From an uncultured Planctomycetota bacterium (GTDB lineage Bacteria > Planctomycetota > Planctomycetia > Isosphaerales > Isosphaeraceae), in assembly GCA_963737655.1 (NCBI GenBank), contig CAVTTN010000002.1, positions 5,120,001-5,184,000 of the forward strand: 64,000 nt of DNA, in the 5' to 3' direction. Under the pieces are notes generated by a model. The model was not told the origin of the DNA, made no database searches, and was given only the letters and a program-made list of their open reading frames with translations. This document shows positions 54,128 through 63,096 of this stretch, one piece after another. Within the stretch, counting starts at the first letter, position 1; every line of letters starts with the position of its first letter. A program made the translations under genes and the position numbers.

Positions 54128-57025
54128 ATGAGCCGATTCCTCAAGACCGGGTGCGCCGCGGCCCTGCTCGCCGCCCTCGCCGCCCCGGCCCTTCGCGCCG
54201 ACGACCCGCCGAAGCCCGCCGCGCCCGCGCCCGTCCCCTCGCCGAAACCCGAGGACGGCCGCAAGCTCGACGTCGAGACCTACGTGAGCCAGGCCCGGGG
54301 CGGAGGCGATTCCGGCGGGTTCAACCCGATGTCCCGATACCGCAACTTCAACGACCTGATCCAGGGCTCCGAACGGATCGACGGCCTGTTCACGCTCCAC
54401 AAGAAGGACGAGCACCTCTTCGCCGAGATCAAGCCGTTCCAGTTCGACCAGCCGCTGCTCCTGCCGACGACGATCGCCCGGGGGCTGGCGCAAGCCGGCA
54501 TGCCCATCGGCGACGGCGAGATCGTTTTGGTCTTCCACAAGAACGGCGACAAGGTCCAGCTGATCCGCCGGAACATCCGCTACAAGGCCAGCAACAACGC
54601 GGCCCTGGAGAAGTCGGTCAAGCAGAACTACACCGACTCCGTGCTGATGTCCCTGCCGATCCTCGCCATGAACCCGGCCGGGGGGATGAGCACCGTCATC
54701 GACTTCTCGGACATCTTCCTCACGAACTTCGCGCAGCTCCCGTTCGGCTTCATGGACCGCTCCCGGAGCGGCTGGCACCGGGTGAAGGGCTTCACCAACA
54801 ACCTGGAGCTGGAAGTCGAGGCCACGTTCGCCGGAGGGGGCCGGGGCGGCTTCGGCGGCGACGACGGCGTGGCGGACTCTCGCGGGATCACCCTGGTGAT
54901 CCACTACAGCCTGATGAAGGCCCCGGACATGGCCTATCGGCCTCGGTTCGCCGACGACCGCGTGGGCCACTTCCTCGACACCCACAAGGACTTCTCGATC
55001 TCCGGCCAGGACGGCAACTTCGTCCGCCTGATCAACCGCTGGAGGCTCGAAAAGGCCGACCCCCGGGCCAAGCTCTCGCCGCCGAAGAAGCAGATCGTCT
55101 GGTACATCGAGGACACCGTGCCCATCGAGTTCCGCCCCCACGTCGAGGCCGGAATCCGCGAGTGGAACAAGGCGTTCGAGAAGGTCGGCATCCGCGAGGC
55201 CATCGCCGTGAGGTGGGCCCAGGAAGGCCGCGACGAGTTCGACCCGGAGGACACGAATTACTGCACCTTCCGATGGGTGACCAGCGACGCCGGGTTCGCC
55301 ATGTCCTGCTTCCGCTCCAACCCGATGACCGGCGAGATCATCGACGGCGACGTCGTGTTCGACGCCAGCTTCCTCCGCGCGTGGAAGTCCGAGTACGCCT
55401 TGCTCGTGAACGCCGCCGGCAAGGACGGCCAGGCCGAGCCGATCGCCTCGGGCGAGGTCATCAGCCCGATCCTCGCCGGCAAGAGCGGCTTCGGAAGCGC
55501 CTCGATCGGCACCGTGAAGGGCTTCGACGGCGTCTTCGGCCGCAACGCCAACCCGCTGCCCGAGCTGATCCCGGCCGAGTGGGGCCCCCTGCAATATCAG
55601 CTCACGAAGCAGTCCGCGCGAGGGACGGCCCGGATGTGCGGCCTCCGGGCCGGGTTGACCGAGGATTTCGGCCTCGCCTCGCTCGCGCTGGCCGAGCCCG
55701 GCAAGGACGGCACCCCTCCCGGCGAGCTCCCCGAGGAGTTCCTCGCCCAGGCCCTGAAGGAGACCGTCATGCACGAGGTCGGCCACTCGCTGGGCCTCCG
55801 GCACAACTTCAAGGCCAGCACCATGCTCCCGGCCGACCAGCTCCACGACCCCAACGTCACCCGCCAGAAGGGCCTGGTCGGCAGCGTGATGGACTACAAC
55901 CCCGTGAACCTCGCCCCGAAGGGCACCAAGCAGGGCGACTACTACACCACCACCCTCGGACCCTACGACTACTGGGCCATCGAATACGCCTATTCGACGA
56001 TCCACGGCGACGAGGCGGCCGAGCTCAAGAAGATCGCCTCCCGGGCGCCCGAGGCGGGCCTCTCGTACGCGACCGATGAAGACCTGATGCTCAACAGCGA
56101 CCCCCAGGTCAACCAGTGGGACCTCGGCAACGACCCCTGCAAGTTCGGCAAGGACCGGATCGCCCTGGCCTCCGAGCTCCTGAAGGACCTCGACGCCAAG
56201 GTCGTCAAGGACGGCGAGTCCTGGACCCGCAACCGCCGGGCCTTCAGCACCTTGCTCAGGCAATACGGCAACGGCGCCGAGCTGATCGCCGCGCACATCG
56301 GCGGGCAATCGGTCCACCGCGACCACAAGGGGGACAAGGACGCGAGGGACCCGATCGTCCCGATCGCCGGGGCGAAGCAGCGCGAGTGCCTCAACGCCCT
56401 GGTCGAATCGGTCCTCAGCGACGGATCGTTCCAGTTCTCCCCGGCCCTGTTGCGGAGGCTGGCCGTCGAGCGCTGGACCGACTGGAGCCCGCAAGGCGGG
56501 TCGGGCGTCGATTTCCCGTTCTTCGAGCGGATCCTGGCGATCCAGAAGATCGCCCTGAACCGCTGCCTGAACCCCCGGGTGCTCGCCCGTCTCGAAAACC
56601 AGGCCCTCCAGGCCGACCCGGGCACCGACCCTCTCAGGATGGACGAGGTCTTCCGGTCGCTGTCCGACGGCATCTGGTCCGAGCTCAACGTCGATCCCAA
56701 GGCGGCGAAGCTGAGCATCTCGACGATCCGCCGGAACCTCCAGCGCGAGTACACGAGGAGGCTGATCGCCATGGTTTTGGGCGACCGGGGCAACGCCGCG
56801 GCGATGGGCGACCTCTACCCGTTCGTCCAGTTCAACACGGGAAGCCTCCCGGCCGACGCAAGGGCCCTGGCCCGGCTCCACCTCCGCAAGATCGCGGAGA
56901 AGATCCACGCCGACCTCGACGCCAAGAACGTCGCGATCGACGACACCACAAGGGCCCACCTCGAAGAGACCCAGCACCGGATCAGCAAGGCCCTCGACGC
57001 CCAGATCGGCGCCAACGAGCCGTGA
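54128..57025 (+). CDS. zinc-dependent metalloprotease (DUF5117/DUF4953, EcxA-like metzincin)
   Basis: Signal peptide; RFADDRVGHF, INRWRLEK, HEVGHSLGLRHNFKAS, SVMDY, GPYDYWAIEYAY. Confidence 0.9.
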   Translation: MSRFLKTGCAAALLAALAAPALRADDPPKPAAPAPVPSPKPEDGRKLDVETYVSQARGGGDSGGFNPMSRYRNFNDLIQGSERIDGLFTLHKKDEHLFAEIKPFQFDQPLLLPTTIARGLAQAGMPIGDGEIVLVFHKNGDKVQLIRRNIRYKASNNAALEKSVKQNYTDSVLMSLPILAMNPAGGMSTVIDFSDIFLTNFAQLPFGFMDRSRSGWHRVKGFTNNLELEVEATFAGGGRGGFGGDDGVADSRGITLVIHYSLMKAPDMAYRPRFADDRVGHFLDTHKDFSISGQDGNFVRLINRWRLEKADPRAKLSPPKKQIVWYIEDTVPIEFRPHVEAGIREWNKAFEKVGIREAIAVRWAQEGRDEFDPEDTNYCTFRWVTSDAGFAMSCFRSNPMTGEIIDGDVVFDASFLRAWKSEYALLVNAAGKDGQAEPIASGEVISPILAGKSGFGSASIGTVKGFDGVFGRNANPLPELIPAEWGPLQYQLTKQSARGTARMCGLRAGLTEDFGLASLALAEPGKDGTPPGELPEEFLAQALKETVMHEVGHSLGLRHNFKASTMLPADQLHDPNVTRQKGLVGSVMDYNPVNLAPKGTKQGDYYTTTLGPYDYWAIEYAYSTIHGDEAAELKKIASRAPEAGLSYATDEDLMLNSDPQVNQWDLGNDPCKFGKDRIALASELLKDLDAKVVKDGESWTRNRRAFSTLLRQYGNGAELIAAHIGGQSVHRDHKGDKDARDPIVPIAGAKQRECLNALVESVLSDGSFQFSPALLRRLAVERWTDWSPQGGSGVDFPFFERILAIQKIALNRCLNPRVLARLENQALQADPGTDPLRMDEVFRSLSDGIWSELNVDPKAAKLSISTIRRNLQREYTRRLIAMVLGDRGNAAAMGDLYPFVQFNTGSLPADARALARLHLRKIAEKIHADLDAKNVAIDDTTRAHLEETQHRISKALDAQIGANEP

Positions 57026-57157
57026 GACCCGGTCGGCCCCTCCCGGCCCGACGGCGCCCCTCCCTCGGGGGGCGCCGTCGGGTCGGATCAGGTTTCCTAT
57101 CAAAAAAAACACGTTACCAGCGGTCACCGGAGATCACCCGTCGCGAGGAACCCACTC

Positions 57158-57376
57158 ATGACCCCTCTCCTCGACCAGGCGATCGACCAGGCGAAGAAGC
57201 TCTCGGCTCCGGAGCAGGACGCGATCGCCCGGCTGATCCTTGACCAGATCGCCGACGATCGGGCGTGGGATGAAGCGTTCGCGAGGTCGGGGGACGCCCT
57301 CGCCAGGCTCGCCGCCAAGGTCCGCGAGGACATGGCCGCGGGCCGCGTCCGTTCCTTGCGACCGCCCCGGTCATGA
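57158..57376 (+). CDS. putative antitoxin
   Basis: MT.LL.QAI..AKKLS..EQDAIA..IL....DD..WD..FA.S...L..LA; ATGA overlap with the toxin. Confidence 0.75.
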   Translation: MTPLLDQAIDQAKKLSAPEQDAIARLILDQIADDRAWDEAFARSGDALARLAAKVREDMAAGRVRSLRPPRS

Positions 57377-57642
57377 ATTCGCAGATCACCGAGGATTTCC
57401 TCTCCTGCTAGGCCCGGCTGCCCGCGACGGTCCGCCAGCAGGCCAGGCGGGCCTATCGGCTCTGGCGGGACAATCCCTCGCATCCCGGCATCCAGTTCAA
57501 GCGGGTCCACACCAGCGAACCCATCTTCTCGGCCCGTGTCGGGATCGGATGGCGGGCCGTGGGACTCCTCGAAGGGGACACGATCCGCTGGTTCTGGATC
57601 GGCTCGCACTCCGCTTACGATGCCCTGGTCGCTCGGCTCTGA
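57373..57642 (+). pseudogene. ParE/RelE-like toxin with in-frame TAG at codon 13 (57409-57411)
   Basis: MNSQITEDFLSC*ARLPATVRQQARRAYRLWRDNPSHPGIQFKRVHTSEPIFSARVGIGWRAVGLLEGDTIRWFWIGSHSAYDALVARL; not in the ORF track. Confidence 0.8.
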
Positions 57643-57696
57643 TTTGCTCGCAACGGCGCTCCCTGACCCGCCGCCAAACCGATCGTGGGGTCGAAG

Positions 57697-57903
57697 ATGT
57701 CAAAAAAGTTTGGGAGGGTTCGCGGGACGGGGTCGAGCGAGATGATCCGCAAGGCGATGAAGCATCTCTTCTCGCTGACGAAGGAGGAGCGGATCGACCT
57801 GATGGTCAAGGCGAAGGCCATGACTCCGGAGCAGGCCGAGAGGGCGAAGAAGAAGTGGACTGAGCTCCAGGCCGAGGCGGCGGAAGCGCCGGGTGAGCCA
57901 TGA
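57697..57903 (+). CDS. small basic hypothetical protein
   Basis: 68 aa, helical; ATGA overlap with the next gene. Confidence 0.5.
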   Translation: MSKKFGRVRGTGSSEMIRKAMKHLFSLTKEERIDLMVKAKAMTPEQAERAKKKWTELQAEAAEAPGEP

Positions 57904-58554
57904 CCGCCGACTATTCGCTCCACGTGGAAAATCCCAGGTTCGGGAAGGGCCCTCGTTTCACGGGCCTCGATCCGGATCCTGAGTCTCCCGAGGTCCATCT
58001 CCACTGGAATACCGGATACCGAACACGGGCGTTCCTGGCCTACCTGAAGGAGCTTCCCGAAGAGTTCCGGCGAATCCTCTCCGAGGCTCCAGAGGGCCTC
58101 CTCATCCCGGGCACCGCGATCCGGGCCGATCCGGAGCGGCAGACCCGGGCGACGATCCCGGTGACTCATTACTACGACCTCGACAAGACGTGCGAGGATT
58201 GCGGGCGGCCCTTCGTCTTCTTCGCGGAGGAGCAGAAGCACTGGTACGAGGTGCTGGGATTCGACCTGGCCGCGGACTGCGTCCGATGTCATCCCTGCCG
58301 ACGGGCCAGGCGGGCGATTGGTCGGAAGAAGAGGCGCTGATGACGAGCTCCTCCCTCGGATCGATCGAACCCCCGAAGAGAGCCTGGAGATGGCGGCCTG
58401 CTGTCTCGACCTGATCGAACGCGGGTCGTTCAGCCCGCGTCGTGCCGACCTCGTCCGCCACGTCCTGAAGCGGCTCCCCGAGGAATGCCGATCTCTCGAA
58501 CAATCCGCGGACCTCAAGCAACGCCTCGCGAAGCTCGGGACGGTAGGGTCCTGA
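57900..58554 (+). CDS. zinc-ribbon domain protein (apparent +1 insertion at about 58339 creates TGA)
   Basis: CEDCGRPFVFFAEEQKHWYE.LGF...CVRCHPCR; removing one G gives RRYDELLPR..., in frame with ORF 58318-58554. Confidence 0.7.
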
Positions 58555-58600
58555 TCGCTCGGCCGGAAGATCCCAGGGCCTGGCGGATGGACCGTCCCGC

Positions 58601-59716
58601 TCAGGGGCCGTCGTCTCGGAGGTTGTAGGAGAACGCCCCGAGCAGGTCGCCCCGGGCGCCCCCGTGGCAGGCCACGCATCGCTTGAGGCTGCGGATCGCG
58701 CCGAGCATGCGGACGCCTTCGGCGCCTCGGCTGGTCTGGAGGTCGTCCCCTCCGCGGAGGGTGTCGAGTCCGACGCTCTCGAACGGGTCCAGGGGGCGGG
58801 TCCGGAGGCCGTCGAGCCGGTCCATCCTCGGCAGGCTGTCGGAGACGTACACGGCCGGCTCGTCGTGCTTCAGCAGGCTGACGAGTTCGAGGGTCTGGAC
58901 CTGCCATCGCGAGTTCGACGCGGGGACCTCGTGGAATCGGTGGGGCTCGAACCCGGCGACGTGCCGGCGGTCCTTCAGGAAGCCGAAGCCCCGGGGATTG
59001 ACGAAGTCGAGGATGCTGGCGTCGAGCATCGGGCCGAGCGGGGCCTCGTCGTCGGCGGTCAGGCGGCCGAGCTCGCCGGGCGACCAGGGCATCGAGAAGC
59101 GTAAGCCCGGCTGAGGCGGGACCGGCCCTTTCCTCAGTCCCATGGCCAGGCTCCACTCGCTCGGTCCTTGCATTCGCATGACGCCGAAGCCCGGGCTATG
59201 GATGAAGAGAAAGAGCTTCTCCTCGTGAATTCGACCCAGATCGCGTTCCCGACGACCCCCCCATCGATCGACCTCGTCGAGGATCTTCGTCTCCAGGCGG
59301 GAGAGCCTCTCGGCGGAGGCGGGAGTCAGGATCGCTCCCCGAGACATGCCATCAGGCCGGGGCAGTCGGGCCTCCATCGACTCGTAGGGATAGCGTCCTC
59401 GAAGTCCCCCGGACGAGCTTTGAGAAGACAGCACCACGAGACTCATCACGCCATAGGCCGCGACCGTGGCCCCGCACGAGAGGGCCGAGAAAAACGCCGG
59501 GCCGCGTTTCGTCGCTCGCCAGATCAGCAAGGCTCCGCCGAGCAGCACGGCCTGGAGCGCCACGGTCGGAAACATGCACCCGACGAACAACGGGAGGGCC
59601 GAGAACACGACGCCGATGCCGACGATCGCCGCAGAGGGCCGTCGTCGAGCGCCCCAGGCCACGCCGTTGACGATCACGAGCAACACGGCCGAGACCATCA
59701 ACGAGACGTAAAGCAT
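58601..59716 (-). CDS. membrane protein with C-terminal c-type heme motif (DUF3365-like end)
   Basis: About four N-terminal TMs; MLGAIR...CVACH....GDLLGAFSY. Confidence 0.7.
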   Translation of the reverse strand: MLYVSLMVSAVLLVIVNGVAWGARRRPSAAIVGIGVVFSALPLFVGCMFPTVALQAVLLGGALLIWRATKRGPAFFSALSCGATVAAYGVMSLVVLSSQSSSGGLRGRYPYESMEARLPRPDGMSRGAILTPASAERLSRLETKILDEVDRWGGRRERDLGRIHEEKLFLFIHSPGFGVMRMQGPSEWSLAMGLRKGPVPPQPGLRFSMPWSPGELGRLTADDEAPLGPMLDASILDFVNPRGFGFLKDRRHVAGFEPHRFHEVPASNSRWQVQTLELVSLLKHDEPAVYVSDSLPRMDRLDGLRTRPLDPFESVGLDTLRGGDDLQTSRGAEGVRMLGAIRSLKRCVACHGGARGDLLGAFSYNLRDDGP

Positions 59717-59736
59717 CGCTCGCGGCCCCCGGCCCG

Positions 59737-61578
59737 TCAGAACGGCACCGTCCCGCCGGTGGGAGCCGGATTCGGCCCGGCGGGGGCTGGCCCCGGTTGG
59801 GCTTCGAGGTTCAGGACGCCTCGGAAGCCGAGATACGGCAGCTTCGCGTCGGGCCTCATCCCGGATCGCCAGGAGGCGTCCCAGCCGTTGGAGCCCCCCT
59901 TGATCACGACCTCGGCGAGCTTCGACTTCGTCTGCGCCGGGCCTTGCGGGTTCGTCGCCGGGGCGTTCTTGAACTGGGCATAATAGCGGATGTCGAAGAG
60001 ATCATTCGTCCATTCCCAGGCGTTGCCGGCGAGGTCGAAGACCCCGTAGGGGGAGAGGTCGCTGGGGAACGACATGACCGGGTCGATCTGCTTGTTCTGC
60101 CTCGGGCGGTCGAAGGCTGCGGGGGCGTTGCCCCAGGGGTGGACGCGGCCGTCGGTGGTCCTCGCGGCCATCTCCCACTGGGCCTCGGTGGGGAGCGTCT
60201 TGCCGGCCCACTGGGCGTAAGCCTTGGCCTCCGGCAGCGAGACCTTCACGGCCGGCCGGTCGCGGTCGTCGCCGGTGGCCTGCTCGCCCCTGGAGAGCGC
60301 GAGCTGGCGGACCGTGACCTCGTGCTGGTCGATGTAGAACGGCGAGAGCCGGACCTTGTGGGCGGGCTTCTCGGGGGCGGGGCCGTCGTCGCGGCCCTGG
60401 GTGAACTCGCCCCCGGGGATGAAGATCATCGCCGAGCCGTCGCGGTCGCAGGTGATCTCCAACGGCCAGCCCGAGGCGTGGACCCCGGCCTCGTCCCTGG
60501 CGTGGAACCCGGGCGGGACCGCCCTGGCCTCCACCTCGGCCTTCGGCAGCCCCACGCCGGTGGGCCGGTACGGCTCGACGTACCCGCCCGTCGTGTTCTT
60601 CGGCAGGATCGCCGGGCTCGCGTTGGGCATGGGGGCCGACGCCGGGCCGATCGAGACCTCGGCCGTCTGCCGGGTGGTCGTCGCGGCCTTCGGAGCGTCT
60701 TCGACCCTGGCTTCCTCGGAGGGCAACTCGGCGTCGGCGTCCATGGCGTTCGAGTTGGATTTCGACTTCTCGGGCGATTTCGACTGGATCTTGGTGGCGA
60801 CGACCGCCGGGCCTCCCACGAAGAGGGGAAGGCCCTGCTTGTACCGCTCGCGGCACTCGGCGACGCGCCTGGCGGCGTCGGTCCGGGGATACTCGGCGTC
60901 GATCTTGTCGAGCCGGTCGAACGCGAGGTCGAGCTTGCCGGCCTTCTCGAACTGGCGGGCGTCGTCCAAAAGCGACTTCGCGAGCGATTCGAGCTCGGCT
61001 TGCGGCCTCTCGGCGGGCGCGGGCCGGGCGACCTCGGGCGAGGCCCCTCCGGGCTCGGCGGAAGGCTCGGCCGACGAGCCGGGCATGGCGGACCGGACGA
61101 TCACCACGACCGCCAGCACGATCACCGCGGCCAACCCGGCGCCGACCATCAGCCGCGTCTTCCGCCGGGAGTCGAACGTCTCGGATTCGGGCGTGGCCTC
61201 GATCAAGGCGCCCTCGCCCTCCTTCGGCCGGATGGGGCGGGGCGTCGCGGGCTCGGCCCGTCGCTCGGCCTTCTTCGGTTTGGGACTCGGCGAGGCGGAC
61301 GCGGACGGCTCGGCGCCGAACGTCTGGATCTTCGGCTTCGGCTTCGGCTTCGCCGGGACCGGCTCCGCGGGACGATCTCGAGGGGGCGAATCCGGCGACC
61401 TGGCCGCCGGTTTCCTCGTCGCAGGCTCGGCCGGCTCGGGCAACGCGCCCTCGGGCGGCTGGTAGACGATTCGAGGCAAGACTTTCGGCGGTTTGGGCGG
61501 CGGGGGGGCCTCGGCCTCGTCGAGCGGGAGGTCGGGATCGACCAGGGGGATCTCGTCCTCGTCGCCCAGGTCGGCCAT
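59737..61578 (-). CDS. membrane-anchored formylglycine-generating-enzyme (SUMF1/FGE-sulfatase) domain protein
   Basis: Pro-rich N-terminus, one TM; FYIDQHEVT, LPTEAQWEMAAR, FDLAGNAWEW, GFRGV. Confidence 0.85.
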   Translation of the reverse strand: MADLGDEDEIPLVDPDLPLDEAEAPPPPKPPKVLPRIVYQPPEGALPEPAEPATRKPAARSPDSPPRDRPAEPVPAKPKPKPKIQTFGAEPSASASPSPKPKKAERRAEPATPRPIRPKEGEGALIEATPESETFDSRRKTRLMVGAGLAAVIVLAVVVIVRSAMPGSSAEPSAEPGGASPEVARPAPAERPQAELESLAKSLLDDARQFEKAGKLDLAFDRLDKIDAEYPRTDAARRVAECRERYKQGLPLFVGGPAVVATKIQSKSPEKSKSNSNAMDADAELPSEEARVEDAPKAATTTRQTAEVSIGPASAPMPNASPAILPKNTTGGYVEPYRPTGVGLPKAEVEARAVPPGFHARDEAGVHASGWPLEITCDRDGSAMIFIPGGEFTQGRDDGPAPEKPAHKVRLSPFYIDQHEVTVRQLALSRGEQATGDDRDRPAVKVSLPEAKAYAQWAGKTLPTEAQWEMAARTTDGRVHPWGNAPAAFDRPRQNKQIDPVMSFPSDLSPYGVFDLAGNAWEWTNDLFDIRYYAQFKNAPATNPQGPAQTKSKLAEVVIKGGSNGWDASWRSGMRPDAKLPYLGFRGVLNLEAQPGPAPAGPNPAPTGGTVPF

Positions 61579-61645
61579 GCTCGGGCCCTCGATCCGACCA
61601 GACATCCTCATCCCATCCATCCAGCCTACCGACGGCGATCGGCGA

Positions 61646-62200
61646 TCACAAGGCGCGATCCCCGGCCGGCCGGCCGGCTCGCGGAGGATGCCCCAGCGCC
61701 TCGCGCTTCTCGTCCAGGAACCGCAGGTGATGCCGGGCGTGGCGGATCGCCTGGAAGACCAGTTGCCGGACGCTGACCACGCCCGAGGCGCTGTGCACCC
61801 CCTTGCGATGCCACGCCTCGGCCGGCTGCCCCCGCAACACCCGGCCCACCCGCCGCCTCAGGGCCGAGAACACCGCCATCTCGTCGGCCAGGTCCAGATC
61901 CGGATACCCCAGCCGCTCGGGATACGGCGACTCGTCCACGCTCATCAGCAACGGCCGATTCTCGGCGAGCGTCCTCAGGATGCGCTCGCAGAAATACACC
62001 TCGGTATCCGTCACATGGGCCACCAGCTCGATCGGGCTCCAGCGACCGGGGACGGGCCGAGTTCGAATCTCCTCGGGCGAAAGCCCGTCCAGGGCGGCCA
62101 GATACTCATCGGCGCCCCGCTCGAACGCGTCGATCAGCTCCGACGAGGAGACCGCCGGGTCGTCCCTCTGCATCCCGGCCATGTAATCCTTCTCGATCAT
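61646..62200 (-). CDS. DinB family protein
   Basis: PGRWS..E.VAHVTD.E; H..HHL. Confidence 0.8.
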   Translation of the reverse strand: MIEKDYMAGMQRDDPAVSSSELIDAFERGADEYLAALDGLSPEEIRTRPVPGRWSPIELVAHVTDTEVYFCERILRTLAENRPLLMSVDESPYPERLGYPDLDLADEMAVFSALRRRVGRVLRGQPAEAWHRKGVHSASGVVSVRQLVFQAIRHARHHLRFLDEKREALGHPPRAGRPAGDRAL

Positions 62201-62376
62201 GGGAGGCCCCCCCTTCCGGCCAAACTCTGGACGCCCGAACACGCCGGGATCGTACCATGTCGGGGGCTTGCGGGAGAACTCCCCCGCCTTTCGACGGTCT
62301 GGCCCTCGGCCTTCGGGACGGATAGATTCGGGACTCGCCCCCGAACCGAATTCCCGGACCTTCGCGAGCTTCGACC

Positions 62377-62997
62377 ATGCGTCGCCTCTCCGTCCTCGCC
62401 TTCGCCTTCGCCCTGATCGCCTCGCCGGCCCTGGCCGACGACGAGTCCACCCCGTTGCTCACCAGCGACGACCTCGACCAGCTCGCCCTGGTCGGCATCG
62501 GACCCGAGACGATCAAGATCGTCAACAAGGAGGTCCGCAGCACGGGCAAGCCCAACGGCTATTTCGCCACCAAGAACGAGTACACGAATTACGTCCTCAA
62601 GTTCGACTGGATGTACGAGAGGCCCGAGGGCTTCAAGGACGGCGACAAGTTCGACGGCAACAGCGGGGTCCTGCTGAACATCGTGGCCCCTCACAAGGTC
62701 TGGCCCAAATGCATCGAGGCGCAGCTCGCCTACAACGAGGCGGGCCACGTCTTCGCCATCAACGGCGCGAAGTTCGTCGGCAAGACCGACCGCGACGCCC
62801 TGAAGGCCGCCATGAAGCCCGTCGGCCAGTGGAACGAGATGGAGATCTCGTGCAACGCCGGCAAGATCGTCTGCATGCTCAACGGCAAGAAGGTCGCCGA
62901 GGGCACCGGGGCCGACCCCGCCGGAGGCTCGATCGGCTGGCAGTCCGAAGGCGGGCCGATGCGGTTCCGGTTCCTCCGGATCAAGAAGCTCGACTGA
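62377..62997 (+). CDS. DUF1080 (3-keto-disaccharide hydrolase) domain protein
   Basis: Signal peptide; Y.NYVLKFDW, GNSGV, WP..IEAQL, GQWNEMEI, GSIGWQSEG...RF. Confidence 0.88.
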   Translation: MRRLSVLAFAFALIASPALADDESTPLLTSDDLDQLALVGIGPETIKIVNKEVRSTGKPNGYFATKNEYTNYVLKFDWMYERPEGFKDGDKFDGNSGVLLNIVAPHKVWPKCIEAQLAYNEAGHVFAINGAKFVGKTDRDALKAAMKPVGQWNEMEISCNAGKIVCMLNGKKVAEGTGADPAGGSIGWQSEGGPMRFRFLRIKKLD

Positions 62998-63017
62998 ACA
63001 GGCGGACGATCCCGAGC

Positions 63018-63056
63018 CCCGGGTGGCATGCTCACGTCCGCGTGAGCATGTCTTCA
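63018..63056. repeat. single copy of the GCATGCTCAC REP-like family
   Basis: CCGGGTGGCATGCTCACGTCCGCGTGAGCATGTCTTC. Confidence 0.75.
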
Positions 63057-63096
63057 GGCCGGGCGGTTGTTTCGCATTGACGTGGGAGCCGTGACG

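Noticed and set aside
57047..57082. Intrinsic terminator after the metalloprotease
   Set aside because: A strong 14-bp hairpin is present but no adjacent U-tract, so the function is uncertain.
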